Shown one piece after another: positions 17,039 through 26,260 of a stretch of DNA of 42,797 nucleotides (position 1 is the first letter of the stretch; each line of letters starts with the position of its first letter). The notes under the pieces are model-generated. The model was not told the origin of the DNA. It did not search any database and was given only the letters and a program-made list of their open reading frames with translations. Location: NCBI GenBank assembly GCA_937863185.1, contig CALMEG010000148.1, positions 1-42,797 on the forward strand. Reading direction: 5' to 3'. Source of the stretch: an uncultured Rhodobacteraceae bacterium (GTDB lineage Bacteria > Pseudomonadota > Alphaproteobacteria > Rhodobacterales > Rhodobacteraceae). Both the position numbers and the translations under genes were made by a program.

Positions 17039-18046
17039 ATGAAACACCTTCGCCTCCTTGTTGCCGTCGTCGCGCTTCTGGCGGCGCTTGCCGCCATCGC
17101 CTGGACGGTCTGGAGCCACAATGCCAACCGCCTCCCCGAGGGCTTTGCCGCAGGCAACGGCCGGGTCGAGGCCGACCAGATCGACATCGCCACCCGTTCG
17201 GCCGGCCGCGTGGCCGAGATCCGCGTGAGCGAGGGCGATCTGGTGCAGAAGGGCGATGTGCTGGCCGTCATGGACACGCGCGAGCTTGAGGCCCAGATGG
17301 CGCGGGCCGAGGCCGATACCCGCCGCGCCGAAAGCCAGGTCGAAGAGGTGCGCGCCCTGATCGCGCAGCGGCAGGCGCAGCTTGCCCTGGCGCAGGACGA
17401 ATTCACCCGCGCCTCGGAACTTGCCGGGCGCGGTGTCGGATCGCAGGCGGTGTCGGATCAGAAGAAATCGCAGCTTGCCACTGCCGAGGCCGCACTGAAC
17501 GCCGCCGTCGCACAGCTCAATTCGGCCGAACGCGGTGTCGATGCCGCGCAGGCGCTGGTGGTGCAATACAAGACCCAACTGGCCGATGCGACGCTGGTCG
17601 CGCCGGTTCTGGGGCGGGTGCTTTACCGTCTTGCCCAGCCCGGAGAGGTTCTGGGTGGGGGCGGCAAGGTGATGACGATCCTCGATCTGAGCCAGGTCTA
17701 CATGGAGGTCTTCCTGCCCGCCGAGGACAGCATGCGCACCGCGATCGGCGCCGAGGCGCGCATCCGCCTTGACAGCGTGCCCTATGCGATCCCGGCCTAT
17801 GTCAGCTTCGTCTCGCCCGAGGCGCAGTTCACCCCGAAAACCGTCGAGACCGAGCAGGAGCGGGAAAAGCTGATGTTCCGCGTCAAGGTGCGCCTGCCCG
17901 AAGAGCTGGTCCGGGCCAATATCGAACAGGTCAAGACGGGGCTGCGCGGGATGGCCTATATCCGGCTGCCATCCTCGGCCGAAACGCCCTGGCCGGCCGA
18001 GTTCGTGGGCCAGCCCATTCCCCCCGGCGTGCTTGCGGACGAATAG
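17039..18046 (+). CDS. HlyD-family membrane-fusion/adaptor protein (YhiI/YbhG-like)
   Basis: N-terminal TM anchor, lipoyl-like segment RVSEGDLVQKGDVLAVMD, long coiled-coil, C-terminal beta-barrel region. Confidence 0.85.
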   Translation: MKHLRLLVAVVALLAALAAIAWTVWSHNANRLPEGFAAGNGRVEADQIDIATRSAGRVAEIRVSEGDLVQKGDVLAVMDTRELEAQMARAEADTRRAESQVEEVRALIAQRQAQLALAQDEFTRASELAGRGVGSQAVSDQKKSQLATAEAALNAAVAQLNSAERGVDAAQALVVQYKTQLADATLVAPVLGRVLYRLAQPGEVLGGGGKVMTILDLSQVYMEVFLPAEDSMRTAIGAEARIRLDSVPYAIPAYVSFVSPEAQFTPKTVETEQEREKLMFRVKVRLPEELVRANIEQVKTGLRGMAYIRLPSSAETPWPAEFVGQPIPPGVLADE

Positions 18047-18058
18047 GCGCGCCCGCCC

Positions 18059-20800
18059 GTGTCCGCCCCGCCCCCCATCGCCAGCCTGAAGGCCGTCACG
18101 CACCGCTATGGCAAGGTGCTGGCGCTTGACGACGTGACGCTCGATCTGCCGGCAGGGCGGATGCTGGGGCTGATCGGCCCGGACGGGGTGGGCAAGTCGA
18201 CGCTTCTGGGGCTGGTGGCGGGCGCGCGCCGGATCCAGGGCGGAGAGGTGCGCACCCTTGACGGCCCGATGTCCGACCGGCGCCACCGCGAGGCGGCCTT
18301 CCAGCGCATCGCCTACATGCCGCAGGGGCTTGGCAAGAACCTCTATATGGAACTGAGCGTCACGGAGAACCTCGATTTCTTCGCCCGCCTGTTCGGCCAT
18401 GGCGCCGAGGAGCGGGCCCGCCGGATCGGGCGGCTGCTGAAGGCCACGGGGCTTGATCCCTTTCCCGACCGCCCGGCGGGGAAGCTGTCGGGCGGGATGA
18501 AGCAGAAGCTTGGCCTGTGCTGCGCGCTGATCCACGATCCTGACCTGCTGATCCTCGACGAGCCCACGACCGGCGTCGATCCGCTGTCGCGCCGCCAGTT
18601 CTGGGACCTGATCGCGCAGATCCGCGCCGAGCGTCCCGAGATGTCGGTGCTGGTCTCGACCGCCTATATGGAAGAGGCCGAGCGCTTCGACTGGCTGGCC
18701 GCGATGAATGCGGGCCGCATCCTGGCCACCGGAACCCCGCAGGATCTGCGCACGCGCACCGGCATGGGCGATCTGGAGGCCGCCTTCGTGGCGCTTCTGC
18801 CCGCGGGCCGCGCGCAGGCGCAAACCCGGCAGGCCCCCTTGCCGGAACGGCCGCAGACCGATGGCCCGGTGATCGTGGCGCGCGGCCTGACGCGGCGTTT
18901 CGGCGATTTCACCGCCGTGCGCGATGTCAGCTTCGAGATCGACCGGGGCGAGATCTTCGGCTTTCTCGGCTCGAACGGCTGCGGCAAGACCACGACGATG
19001 AAGATGCTGACCGGGCTTCTGCCCCCCTCGGAGGGCGAGGCGCTGATCTTCGGCGCGCCGGTCGAGGCCAATGACGTGGCCGCGCGCGCCAATGTGGGCT
19101 TCATGTCGCAGAACTTCTCGCTTTACGGCGAGCTGACGGTGGCCGAGAACTTTCGCCTGCACGCCCGGCTCTACCACCTGCCGCCCGACATCGCGCGGGC
19201 GCGCATGCGCGAGCTGTTCGAGGAATTCGGCCTTTCGGCGCATGCCGACGCCCTTGCCCGCAGCCTGCCGCTTGGCCTGCGCCAGCGGCTGTCGCTGGCC
19301 TGCGCCGTGATCCATTCCCCCGAGATGCTGATCCTGGACGAGCCGACCTCGGGTGTGGACCCGGTGGCGCGCGACGAATTCTGGGATCTGCTGGAACGGT
19401 TGTCGCGGCGCGACGGGGTGACGATCTTCATCTCCACCCATTTCATGAACGAGGCGATGCGCTGCGACCGGATCTCGCTCATGCATGCGGGGCGGGTGCT
19501 GGGCTATGGCACACCGGAGGACCTTGCGCGGGAAAACGGCGCGCAATCGCTTGAGGAAACCTTCGTGCGCTATATCGGCGCGGCGCATGACGCACAGGAT
19601 GCGCGCCCGGCCGCCACGCCGGCGGTCATTCACGACATCGCGGCGCAGCACCGGCCCGCGCGGGCGCCGGGCATGGCCGCGCTTGGGCGGCTTCTGGCGG
19701 TCAGTCGGCGCGAATTGCTTGAGGTCACGCGCGATCCGATCCGCCTGGCCTTCGCCTTCCTTGGCTCGATGGTGCTGATGCTTCTGTTCGCCTACGGCAT
19801 TTCGACCGATACGACGGGGCTTCGCTTTGCCGCCTTCGATCAGGACCGCAGCCCCGAAAGCCGCGCCTATCTGGCGAATTTCGAAGGCTCGAACTATTTC
19901 GAGGAGATGCCCGAAGTCGCCAGCCTGCAAGAGCTGGAGGCGCGGATGATCGCGGGCGAGATCATGCTGGCGATCGAGATCCCGGCGGGGTTCGGGCGCG
20001 CGGTCACGACGGGCCGGGCCACAAGCGTCGCGGCCTGGATCGACGGCGCCAACACCTTCAGCGCCTCGGTGATCGAGGGCTATGTGCAGGGCGCCCATGC
20101 CGAATTCCTGCACGGGCGCGCCCGTGCGGCCGGGATGGACGATCAGGCGCAGCCCCTTGTGAATATCGAGCCGCGCTACCGCTACAACCCCAGCTACGAA
20201 AGCCTGATGGCGATGGCCCCGGCGGTGCCCGCGATCCTGCTGATGCTGTTCCCCGCGATCCTGATGGCCGTCAGCCTTTCGCGTGAGCGCGAGATCGGCA
20301 CGATCACCAATTTCTACGTCACCCCGACCTCGCGGTTGCAATTCCTGCTGGGCAAGCAACTGCCCTATATCGGTATCGGCTTTGCCAACTGGCTGATCCT
20401 GACGGGGATGGCGGTCTTCCTGTTCGGCGTGCCGCTGAAGGGCAGCGCGTTCGCGCTTGCGCTTGGGGCGGTGTGCTATGTGGCGGCGGCCACCGGGTTC
20501 GGGCTGGTCGTGGCGGCGGTGGTGCGCAGCCAGGTCTCGGCGGTGTTTGCCACGATGATCCTTGCGATGATGCCCACGGTGCAGTTCTCGGGCCTCAACC
20601 AGCCGGTCTCGACGCTGGAGGGGGCCGCGCGGATCATGGGGCAGCTCTGGCCGGCGAACTATTTCATGCAGATGAGCGTGGGCGCCTTCAGCAAGGGGCT
20701 GAACTTCTGGATGCTGGCGCCCAATATCGTGCTGATCCTTGCCTTCGTGCCGGTATTCGTCGGGCTGGCCGCGTTGTTGCTGAAGAAACAGGAGGCGTAG
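18059..20800 (+). CDS. rbbA: Fused ABC protein with two ATPase domains plus a C-terminal ABC-2 permease domain (RbbA/YhiH-like)
   Basis: Walker A GPDGVGKST and GSNGCGKTT. Signatures LSGGMKQKL and LPLGLRQRL. The C-terminal ~370 aa are polytopic. It has a GTG start. Its size (913 aa) and the flanking yhiI/yhhJ-like genes mirror the E. coli locus. Confidence 0.75.
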   Translation: MSAPPPIASLKAVTHRYGKVLALDDVTLDLPAGRMLGLIGPDGVGKSTLLGLVAGARRIQGGEVRTLDGPMSDRRHREAAFQRIAYMPQGLGKNLYMELSVTENLDFFARLFGHGAEERARRIGRLLKATGLDPFPDRPAGKLSGGMKQKLGLCCALIHDPDLLILDEPTTGVDPLSRRQFWDLIAQIRAERPEMSVLVSTAYMEEAERFDWLAAMNAGRILATGTPQDLRTRTGMGDLEAAFVALLPAGRAQAQTRQAPLPERPQTDGPVIVARGLTRRFGDFTAVRDVSFEIDRGEIFGFLGSNGCGKTTTMKMLTGLLPPSEGEALIFGAPVEANDVAARANVGFMSQNFSLYGELTVAENFRLHARLYHLPPDIARARMRELFEEFGLSAHADALARSLPLGLRQRLSLACAVIHSPEMLILDEPTSGVDPVARDEFWDLLERLSRRDGVTIFISTHFMNEAMRCDRISLMHAGRVLGYGTPEDLARENGAQSLEETFVRYIGAAHDAQDARPAATPAVIHDIAAQHRPARAPGMAALGRLLAVSRRELLEVTRDPIRLAFAFLGSMVLMLLFAYGISTDTTGLRFAAFDQDRSPESRAYLANFEGSNYFEEMPEVASLQELEARMIAGEIMLAIEIPAGFGRAVTTGRATSVAAWIDGANTFSASVIEGYVQGAHAEFLHGRARAAGMDDQAQPLVNIEPRYRYNPSYESLMAMAPAVPAILLMLFPAILMAVSLSREREIGTITNFYVTPTSRLQFLLGKQLPYIGIGFANWLILTGMAVFLFGVPLKGSAFALALGAVCYVAAATGFGLVVAAVVRSQVSAVFATMILAMMPTVQFSGLNQPVSTLEGAARIMGQLWPANYFMQMSVGAFSKGLNFWMLAPNIVLILAFVPVFVGLAALLLKKQEA

Positions 20801-20804
20801 GCGG

Positions 20805-21926
20805 ATGCGGCACCTTTCGAACATCCTGTGGCTGACATGGAAAGAGCTTCTGTCGCTTTGGCGCGAACTTCTTCTTCTGCTGCTGGTGATCTATTCCTTC
20901 GGTCCGGGCATGTATATCGAAAGCTCGGCCAGCGGCGAGATGGTCAGCAAGGCCGCCGTGACCTTCGTCGACGAGGATCGCTCGGCGCTTAGCCGGGCGT
21001 TGCAATCGGCGCTCTATCCGCCCTATTTCCTGACGCCCCGCACGGCCGAGGCGGCCGAGGTCGACCGCCTGATGGACTGGGGCGAGACGGTTTTCGTGGT
21101 GATCGTTCCCGCCGGGTTCGAGGCCGATGTCCGGGCCGGGCGGCGCCCCTCGGTCCAGGTGAATATCGACGCGACCAAGACCATGCAGGCCAGCGTCGGC
21201 ACCGGCTATCTGCTGGCCACGATCAACGCCGAGGTGGCGCGCTTCGCCGCGCGCGAGGATGTGGTGGCGGCCTCTCCGGTCGATCTGGTGCTGCGCCGTT
21301 CGTTCAATCCGGCGGGCAATTCGGTCTGGCTTGCGGCGATCTCCAGCCTGCTCAACCAGCTTTCGACGCTGACCATCATCCTGACCGGCGCCGCGCTGAT
21401 CCGCGAACGCGAACACGGCACGATCGAGCATCTTCTGGTGATGCCCCTGAACGCGGTCGAGATTGCCATGGCCAAGATGATCGCCAATGCGCTTGTCGTG
21501 TTCGCGGCCTTCGTCTTTTCGCTGTTCGTGGTGGTCGAGGGGGCGCTGGCCGTGCCTTTCGCGGGCTCCGAGGCGCTGCTGCTGGCGGGCACGGCGATCT
21601 ATATCTTCGCCGCCGCCGCGATCGGTATCCTGCTGGGCATCCTTGCGCGCACGATGGCGCAGTTCGCGCTGCTGATCATGCTGGTGATCATGCCGATCAT
21701 GATCCTGTCGGGGGGCATGACGCCGATCGAAAGCCAGCCGCTCTGGCTTCAGCCGATCACATGGCTTCTGCCCTCGCGTCACTACATGGAATTCGCGGTG
21801 GCCATCACCTATCGCGGCGCGGGCCTTTCGGTGGTCTGGATCGAGTTCCTGTGGACCTTCCTTCTGGGCGCGGCGGTGCTGGCCGTCAGCCTGCTGATGT
21901 TCCGCAGGTCGGTTGCCGGAGGTTAG
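20805..21926 (+). CDS. ABC-2-type transporter permease (YhhJ-like)
   Basis: 373 aa with an N-terminal TM, a large periplasmic loop and five C-terminal TMs. It starts 4 nt after the rbbA-like gene. Confidence 0.8.
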   Translation: MRHLSNILWLTWKELLSLWRELLLLLLVIYSFGPGMYIESSASGEMVSKAAVTFVDEDRSALSRALQSALYPPYFLTPRTAEAAEVDRLMDWGETVFVVIVPAGFEADVRAGRRPSVQVNIDATKTMQASVGTGYLLATINAEVARFAAREDVVAASPVDLVLRRSFNPAGNSVWLAAISSLLNQLSTLTIILTGAALIREREHGTIEHLLVMPLNAVEIAMAKMIANALVVFAAFVFSLFVVVEGALAVPFAGSEALLLAGTAIYIFAAAAIGILLGILARTMAQFALLIMLVIMPIMILSGGMTPIESQPLWLQPITWLLPSRHYMEFAVAITYRGAGLSVVWIEFLWTFLLGAAVLAVSLLMFRRSVAGG

Positions 21927-22027
21927 GCGCGCGGGCGGCGGCGGGCATAGTGTCGCAGAGGGCCGATCCCCGCCCGATACGGCCATGAAACCGTTGCGCC
22001 GCCGGTGCGATTGCCTCAAATGAACCC

Positions 22028-22423
22028 ATGTGGAGGAAGGGCAATATCACGACCGGTCTGCGCGGTGTTCTTGCACCCGTTCTGGCGCTCTTGCTTGCGC
22101 TTCAGGTCTCGCTTGCGTTCTTTCCCACCACGCTCGATCCGACGGGCGCGCGGGTCCAGCTTGTGCTTTGCGGCCCCGACGGGCTGCGCACGGTATCGCT
22201 GAACCTGACCGATGGCAGCATCGACGACAGCCCCGCCCCCGAAATCACCGGGAAATGCCCGTTCTGCATTGTCGGCATCGCCGCCCTGTCCGGCCAGCCC
22301 GCGATGGATTTCGCACGGGCCGAGTTCCACGGCCTGCGTTTTGTCCCTGCCGCCGTTCCGGCGCCCGGGCCGGTCCGCCCTGACCGGTCCCGGCCGATCC
22401 GCGCGCCGCCCCTGTCTGCCTGA
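22028..22423 (+). CDS. DUF2946-family small protein (Cys-motif CPFC), copper-receptor associated
   Basis: 131 aa with an N-terminal hydrophobic segment GVLAPVLALLLALQVSLAFF and the GKCPFCIVG motif. It lies immediately upstream of the TonB-dependent receptor. Confidence 0.65.
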   Translation: MWRKGNITTGLRGVLAPVLALLLALQVSLAFFPTTLDPTGARVQLVLCGPDGLRTVSLNLTDGSIDDSPAPEITGKCPFCIVGIAALSGQPAMDFARAEFHGLRFVPAAVPAPGPVRPDRSRPIRAPPLSA

Positions 22424-22522
22424 GCTTTCCGATGTGACCCGCCTTGCGGGTCTTGCCCGCAGCCGCGCGCCCTGATGCGCGATCCGGCTGCGCATCCGAA
22501 CACGTCTACAAGGGACAGACCC

Positions 22523-24583
22523 ATGACACGCGATTCCACGGTGCGCCTGAGCGCGACCGCAGTTCTTCTTTGCTCCATCTCCGGCCAGGCCCTCGCGCAG
22601 GATACCGCCGCCCCCGAGGCGACGGTGCTTGACCCGATCCTTGTCCAGGGGGCCATGAGCACCGCCACGGGCACAAGCTACAGCTTTTCGCCCAGGCACC
22701 AGAACCATGCACCCGCAATGGACGGGGGCGGGGTGCTAGCCACGATCCCCGGCGTCACGGCAAGCCGCATGGGCGGCCACGGGCTCGATATCGTGATCCG
22801 CGGCCAGCAGGCCAACCAGCTCAACATCATCGACGCCGGCGCGCTGACCTATGGCGGCTGTCCCAACCGGATGGACCCGCCCACCAGCAGCGCAGCCTTT
22901 TCCCGCGCCGACCGCGTGATCGTCGAGCGTGGCTATTCCAGCGTGACCAACGGCGCAGGCGGCACCGGCGGCACCGTCCGGCTTGAGCGCGAGGCGCCGG
23001 TCTTCGACCCGGCCCGGCGGATCAGCGGCGATTTCTCGATCGGCGGAACCAGCAACAGCGGGGCGTTCGAGGCGGGCGGAAGCATCCGGACGGACCTTGG
23101 CAATGGCTTCTACCTGAAAGGCTCGGCCGAATACAAAACCGCCGATAATTATGAGGACGGCGCCGGCAACGAGGTGCGCAGCGCCTATGACCAGCAAAGC
23201 GCGGGCCTGACGCTTGGCTACAAGAAGGACGGCCTGGAGCTTGCCTTCGACATCGAGAACGACAAGGCCGAGGACGTGCTTTTCGCCGGGGCGGGTATGG
23301 ACAGCCCGCTGTCGGATACCTGGGTCTATCGCCTGCGCGGTGGGGTCGATCTTGATCTGGGGGCGCTGAGGCGGATCGAGGGCACGATCTACCGCAGCGA
23401 GGTGGATCACGTCATGGACAACTACTCGTTGCGCCCTGCGGCGGGAATGTTGATGCGCTCGCCGACCACCTCGGACACCACCGGCGCCACGCTTGAGGCA
23501 CAGTTCGCGTTCGGCGCGACGAAGGCAAAACTGGGCTTTGACTATCAGTCGAATGAGCGTCGTGCGATCGGGTATGGCGGTATGGCGGGCATGCTCGGCA
23601 TGATCGAGGCCTCGGCCCCCGGCATGGCGCGCTCGCTCTCGTGGCCCGACGTGACGATCGCCCAGACCGGCATCTACGGCGAGGCGGAAACCGCGCTGTC
23701 GGACAAGACCACGCTAAAGCTGGGCGCGCGTTATGACCATGTGCGCGCCACGGCCGGGGCTGCGGGCGGGATCGCGGGATATGCGGCGCCCGCGCCCAAT
23801 ACCTTCTATACCGCGCAATACGGCACGACCTTCGACGCGCCGCGCAGCGAAGACAATCTTGGCGGCCTGATCCGGCTGGAGCATGACCTTGCCCCCGGCA
23901 CCAGGGTTTTCGCGGGGCTGTCGCGCTCGGTCCGCACGGCGGATGCGAATGAACGCGCGATGGGGCGCAGCAACTGGGTCGGCAACCCCGACATCGCGCC
24001 CGAGAAGCACCACCAGATCGATGTCGGGATCGAAACGCAGCAGGACAACTGGAGCTTCAACGCCACCGCCTATGTCGATCGTGTCGATGACTACATCCTG
24101 CGCGATGCCTTCTCGGTTGCCGGGGTGACGACCTATCGCAACGTCTCGGCACAGCTTTCGGGGGTCGAGCTGTCGGGAAGCTGGGCGAAGAACGGCTTCG
24201 AGGTTGCGGGCGATCTGACCTATACGCGCGGCCAGAACCGCACCGACGATCGCGCGCTTGCGCAGATCCCGGCGCTTCAGGGCAGGATCACGGCCTCTTA
24301 CGGGCGCGATGCCTGGCGGGCCGGGGCGCGGCTGAACTGGGCGGCGGAACAGGACCGGATCGACCCGTCCCGCGACGCCGGGGTGACGCCCGGCTACGGC
24401 ACGCTCGACCTGTTCGGCAGCTATGCGTTCAACGACCGCGTGATGCTGCTGGCGGGGGTCAACAACGTCACCGACAAGCTCTATTCCGATCACCTGAGCC
24501 GCGCGAACGTGTTCGATACCACGCTGACGCGGATCAACGAACCGGGCCGCACGGCTTATCTCAAGCTTGAAGCCCGGTTCTGA
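22523..24583 (+). CDS. oprC: TonB-dependent outer-membrane copper receptor, OprC/NosA type
   Basis: 686 aa from MTRDSTVRLSATAVLLCSISGQALA (signal peptide; RBS AGGGA). TonB-box-like DPILVQG, plug plus barrel, C-terminal ...YLKLEARF. CxxxM (CPNRM, nt 22859-22873) and HxM (HVM, nt 23408-23416) match the OprC copper-site pattern. Confidence 0.8.
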   Translation: MTRDSTVRLSATAVLLCSISGQALAQDTAAPEATVLDPILVQGAMSTATGTSYSFSPRHQNHAPAMDGGGVLATIPGVTASRMGGHGLDIVIRGQQANQLNIIDAGALTYGGCPNRMDPPTSSAAFSRADRVIVERGYSSVTNGAGGTGGTVRLEREAPVFDPARRISGDFSIGGTSNSGAFEAGGSIRTDLGNGFYLKGSAEYKTADNYEDGAGNEVRSAYDQQSAGLTLGYKKDGLELAFDIENDKAEDVLFAGAGMDSPLSDTWVYRLRGGVDLDLGALRRIEGTIYRSEVDHVMDNYSLRPAAGMLMRSPTTSDTTGATLEAQFAFGATKAKLGFDYQSNERRAIGYGGMAGMLGMIEASAPGMARSLSWPDVTIAQTGIYGEAETALSDKTTLKLGARYDHVRATAGAAGGIAGYAAPAPNTFYTAQYGTTFDAPRSEDNLGGLIRLEHDLAPGTRVFAGLSRSVRTADANERAMGRSNWVGNPDIAPEKHHQIDVGIETQQDNWSFNATAYVDRVDDYILRDAFSVAGVTTYRNVSAQLSGVELSGSWAKNGFEVAGDLTYTRGQNRTDDRALAQIPALQGRITASYGRDAWRAGARLNWAAEQDRIDPSRDAGVTPGYGTLDLFGSYAFNDRVMLLAGVNNVTDKLYSDHLSRANVFDTTLTRINEPGRTAYLKLEARF

Positions 24584-24596
24584 GGACAGGCACCTT

Positions 24597-24626
24597 GCAG
24601 GGCGCGCGCGGCTGTGCGCGCCTTGC
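24597..24626. terminator. Possible bidirectional stem-loop between the convergent oprC-like and tauR genes
   Basis: GCAGGGCGCGC (24597-24607), 8-nt loop, GCGCGCCTTGC (24616-24626): 11 bp including one G-U pair. There is no clear U-tract on either strand. Confidence 0.3.
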
Positions 24627-24657
24627 GTATCCTGGCCCTGCCGGTCTTCGTGCCGGC

Positions 24658-26121
24658 CTAGCCGGTGGCATCGTCCAGGCAGGCCTGCATGATGGCGACC
24701 CCTTCGGCGATCTTCTTCTCGTCGATCGAGGAATAGCCCATGCGGAAACAGCGGCAGATCTCGGGCGGGGCAGAGTAGAATGGCCGTCCCGGCTCGATCA
24801 GCACGCCGTGTTCGGCCAGCTTCAGGGCAAGGGCCGAGCTGTCCACGCCCTCGGGCCCCTCGACCCAAAGGTTTGATCCGCCATGACGGGCCGCGCCCGC
24901 GATGGTGAAATCGGTCTCGCCAAGGGCCGCGACAAGCGCCTCGCGCCGCTTGCGGAAGGTTTCGCGCAGCCGCACCACATGCGCGTCATAATGCCCGAGC
25001 GCCAGGAAATAGCCGGTGACACGCTGCATGTGGCCCGGCGCATGGCGCAGCATCATCGCGCGCAGCGCGCGGGCCTGACGGATGAACTCGACCGGGGCGA
25101 CAAGGTAGCCGATCCGCAGCCCCGGAAAGAGCGATTTGGAAAAGCTGCCGACATAGATCACCCGCCCCGCGCCATCGAGCGACTTCAGCGAAGGGGAGGG
25201 CGGTTCGAGAAAGCTCATCTCGTATTCGTAATCGTCCTCGATGACGAGAAAGTCGCGCTGATCGGCAAGCTGCAACAGCGCGCGCCGCCGCGCGAGCGGC
25301 AGCGTCGTGCCGGTGGGGATGTTGTGACTGGGCGTCACGAAGACAAGGCCGGCGTTTTCGGGGATCTGTTCGGGGTTCAGGCCCTGCGCATCGACGGGCA
25401 GGTATTCGATGGGCATGCGGGCAAAGCGCAGCGCCTCGGCGAAATCGGGAAAGCCGGGATCTTCCAGCACGGCCACGCGGTTCTGCCGCGCCAGAAGCTG
25501 CACCGCGATCCACAGTGCGTTCTGCGCCCCAAGGGTGATCAGCACCTCTTCGGGGCGGGCGCTGATCCCGCGCCGGGGCAGGGTGTTGGCGCGGATGTAA
25601 TCCACCAGAACCGGGTCGTCCCGCGCCAGGCGGTCATCGGCCAGTTCGGTGAAATCGCGCGTGCCAAGCGCGCGCCGCGCGCAATCGCGCCAGGCCGCAT
25701 GGTCGAACAGATGCGGATCGACCTGCCCGTAGATGAACGGATAGGGATAGCTGCGCCAGTCGCGCGGCTTGGTGATGTGGCGGCGCGTGTTCAGATCGGT
25801 CTGAAGCCAGCCTGACCAGTCGACGGGATGGGCGGGCCGTTCATCCCGTTCCGGCGCGATCCGGCGCAGCGGCGCCTTGTGCGACACCACAAAGCCCGAC
25901 CGCGGCAGCGGGTCCAGATAGCCCTGTGCGACCAGATCCTGATAGACCAGCGTTACCGTCAGCCGTGAAATCCCCAGATGCGCGGCAAGCGCCCGTGTCG
26001 AGGGCATGCGCGTTCCGGGGGGCGCATGGGCATTCAGGATCGTGGCCACGATCGAGGTGGCAAGCTGCATCTGCAACGAGCGTCGGTCGCTGCGGTCGAT
26101 GAAGAACACCTCGGGCGCCAT
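24658..26121 (-). CDS. tauR: MocR/GabR-type GntR-family regulator with aminotransferase-like domain, TauR-like
   Basis: HTH MPSTRALAAHLGISRLTVTLVYQDLVAQGYL plus an aminotransferase fold (YVGSFSKSLFPGLRIGY contains the PLP-lysine context). It is divergent from the taurine TRAP/xsc operon. The ATG at 26121 is preferred to the GTG at 26139. Confidence 0.8.
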   Translation of the reverse strand: MAPEVFFIDRSDRRSLQMQLATSIVATILNAHAPPGTRMPSTRALAAHLGISRLTVTLVYQDLVAQGYLDPLPRSGFVVSHKAPLRRIAPERDERPAHPVDWSGWLQTDLNTRRHITKPRDWRSYPYPFIYGQVDPHLFDHAAWRDCARRALGTRDFTELADDRLARDDPVLVDYIRANTLPRRGISARPEEVLITLGAQNALWIAVQLLARQNRVAVLEDPGFPDFAEALRFARMPIEYLPVDAQGLNPEQIPENAGLVFVTPSHNIPTGTTLPLARRRALLQLADQRDFLVIEDDYEYEMSFLEPPSPSLKSLDGAGRVIYVGSFSKSLFPGLRIGYLVAPVEFIRQARALRAMMLRHAPGHMQRVTGYFLALGHYDAHVVRLRETFRKRREALVAALGETDFTIAGAARHGGSNLWVEGPEGVDSSALALKLAEHGVLIEPGRPFYSAPPEICRCFRMGYSSIDEKKIAEGVAIMQACLDDATG

Positions 26122-26157
26122 CCGGCCTTTCACGCCCACGCCGACACCTTCCCCGAT

Positions 26158-26189
26158 CTGGACTTAAATGCGCTTGAAACTGGATATAA
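26158..26189 (+). promoter_or_regulatory. Direct repeats CTGGACTTAA / CTGGATATAA in the tauR-tauK intergenic region; candidate TauR operator
   Basis: The repeats are at 26158-26167 and 26180-26189, with starts 22 bp apart and 8/10 identity, in an AT-richer patch 70-100 bp upstream of tauK. Confidence 0.55.
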
Positions 26190-26260
26190 CCACGCCGCGC
26201 CGTTGCTGACAATGATGCGCATGGCCGGGGAGGAGATTCGGCCAAATCAGGGAGAGATAC

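Noticed and set aside
16811-20824. A 1337-aa stop-free ORF on the minus strand spanning the HlyD-like and rbbA-like genes.
   Set aside because: Its composition is dominated by Arg, His, Gly, Asp, Gln and Pro with no recognisable motifs. It is exactly antisense to plus-strand genes that carry clear Walker A/B, ABC signature and membrane-domain features. Long antisense ORFs are expected in very GC-rich DNA because stop codons are AT-rich.
21985-22023. A 12-codon upstream ORF (MKPLRRRCDCLK) ending 4 nt before the DUF2946 start. I considered it as a Cys-containing leader peptide for copper-responsive control.
   Set aside because: No Shine-Dalgarno-like sequence precedes it, it is very short, and such ORFs arise by chance. 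Without conservation data it is not supportable.
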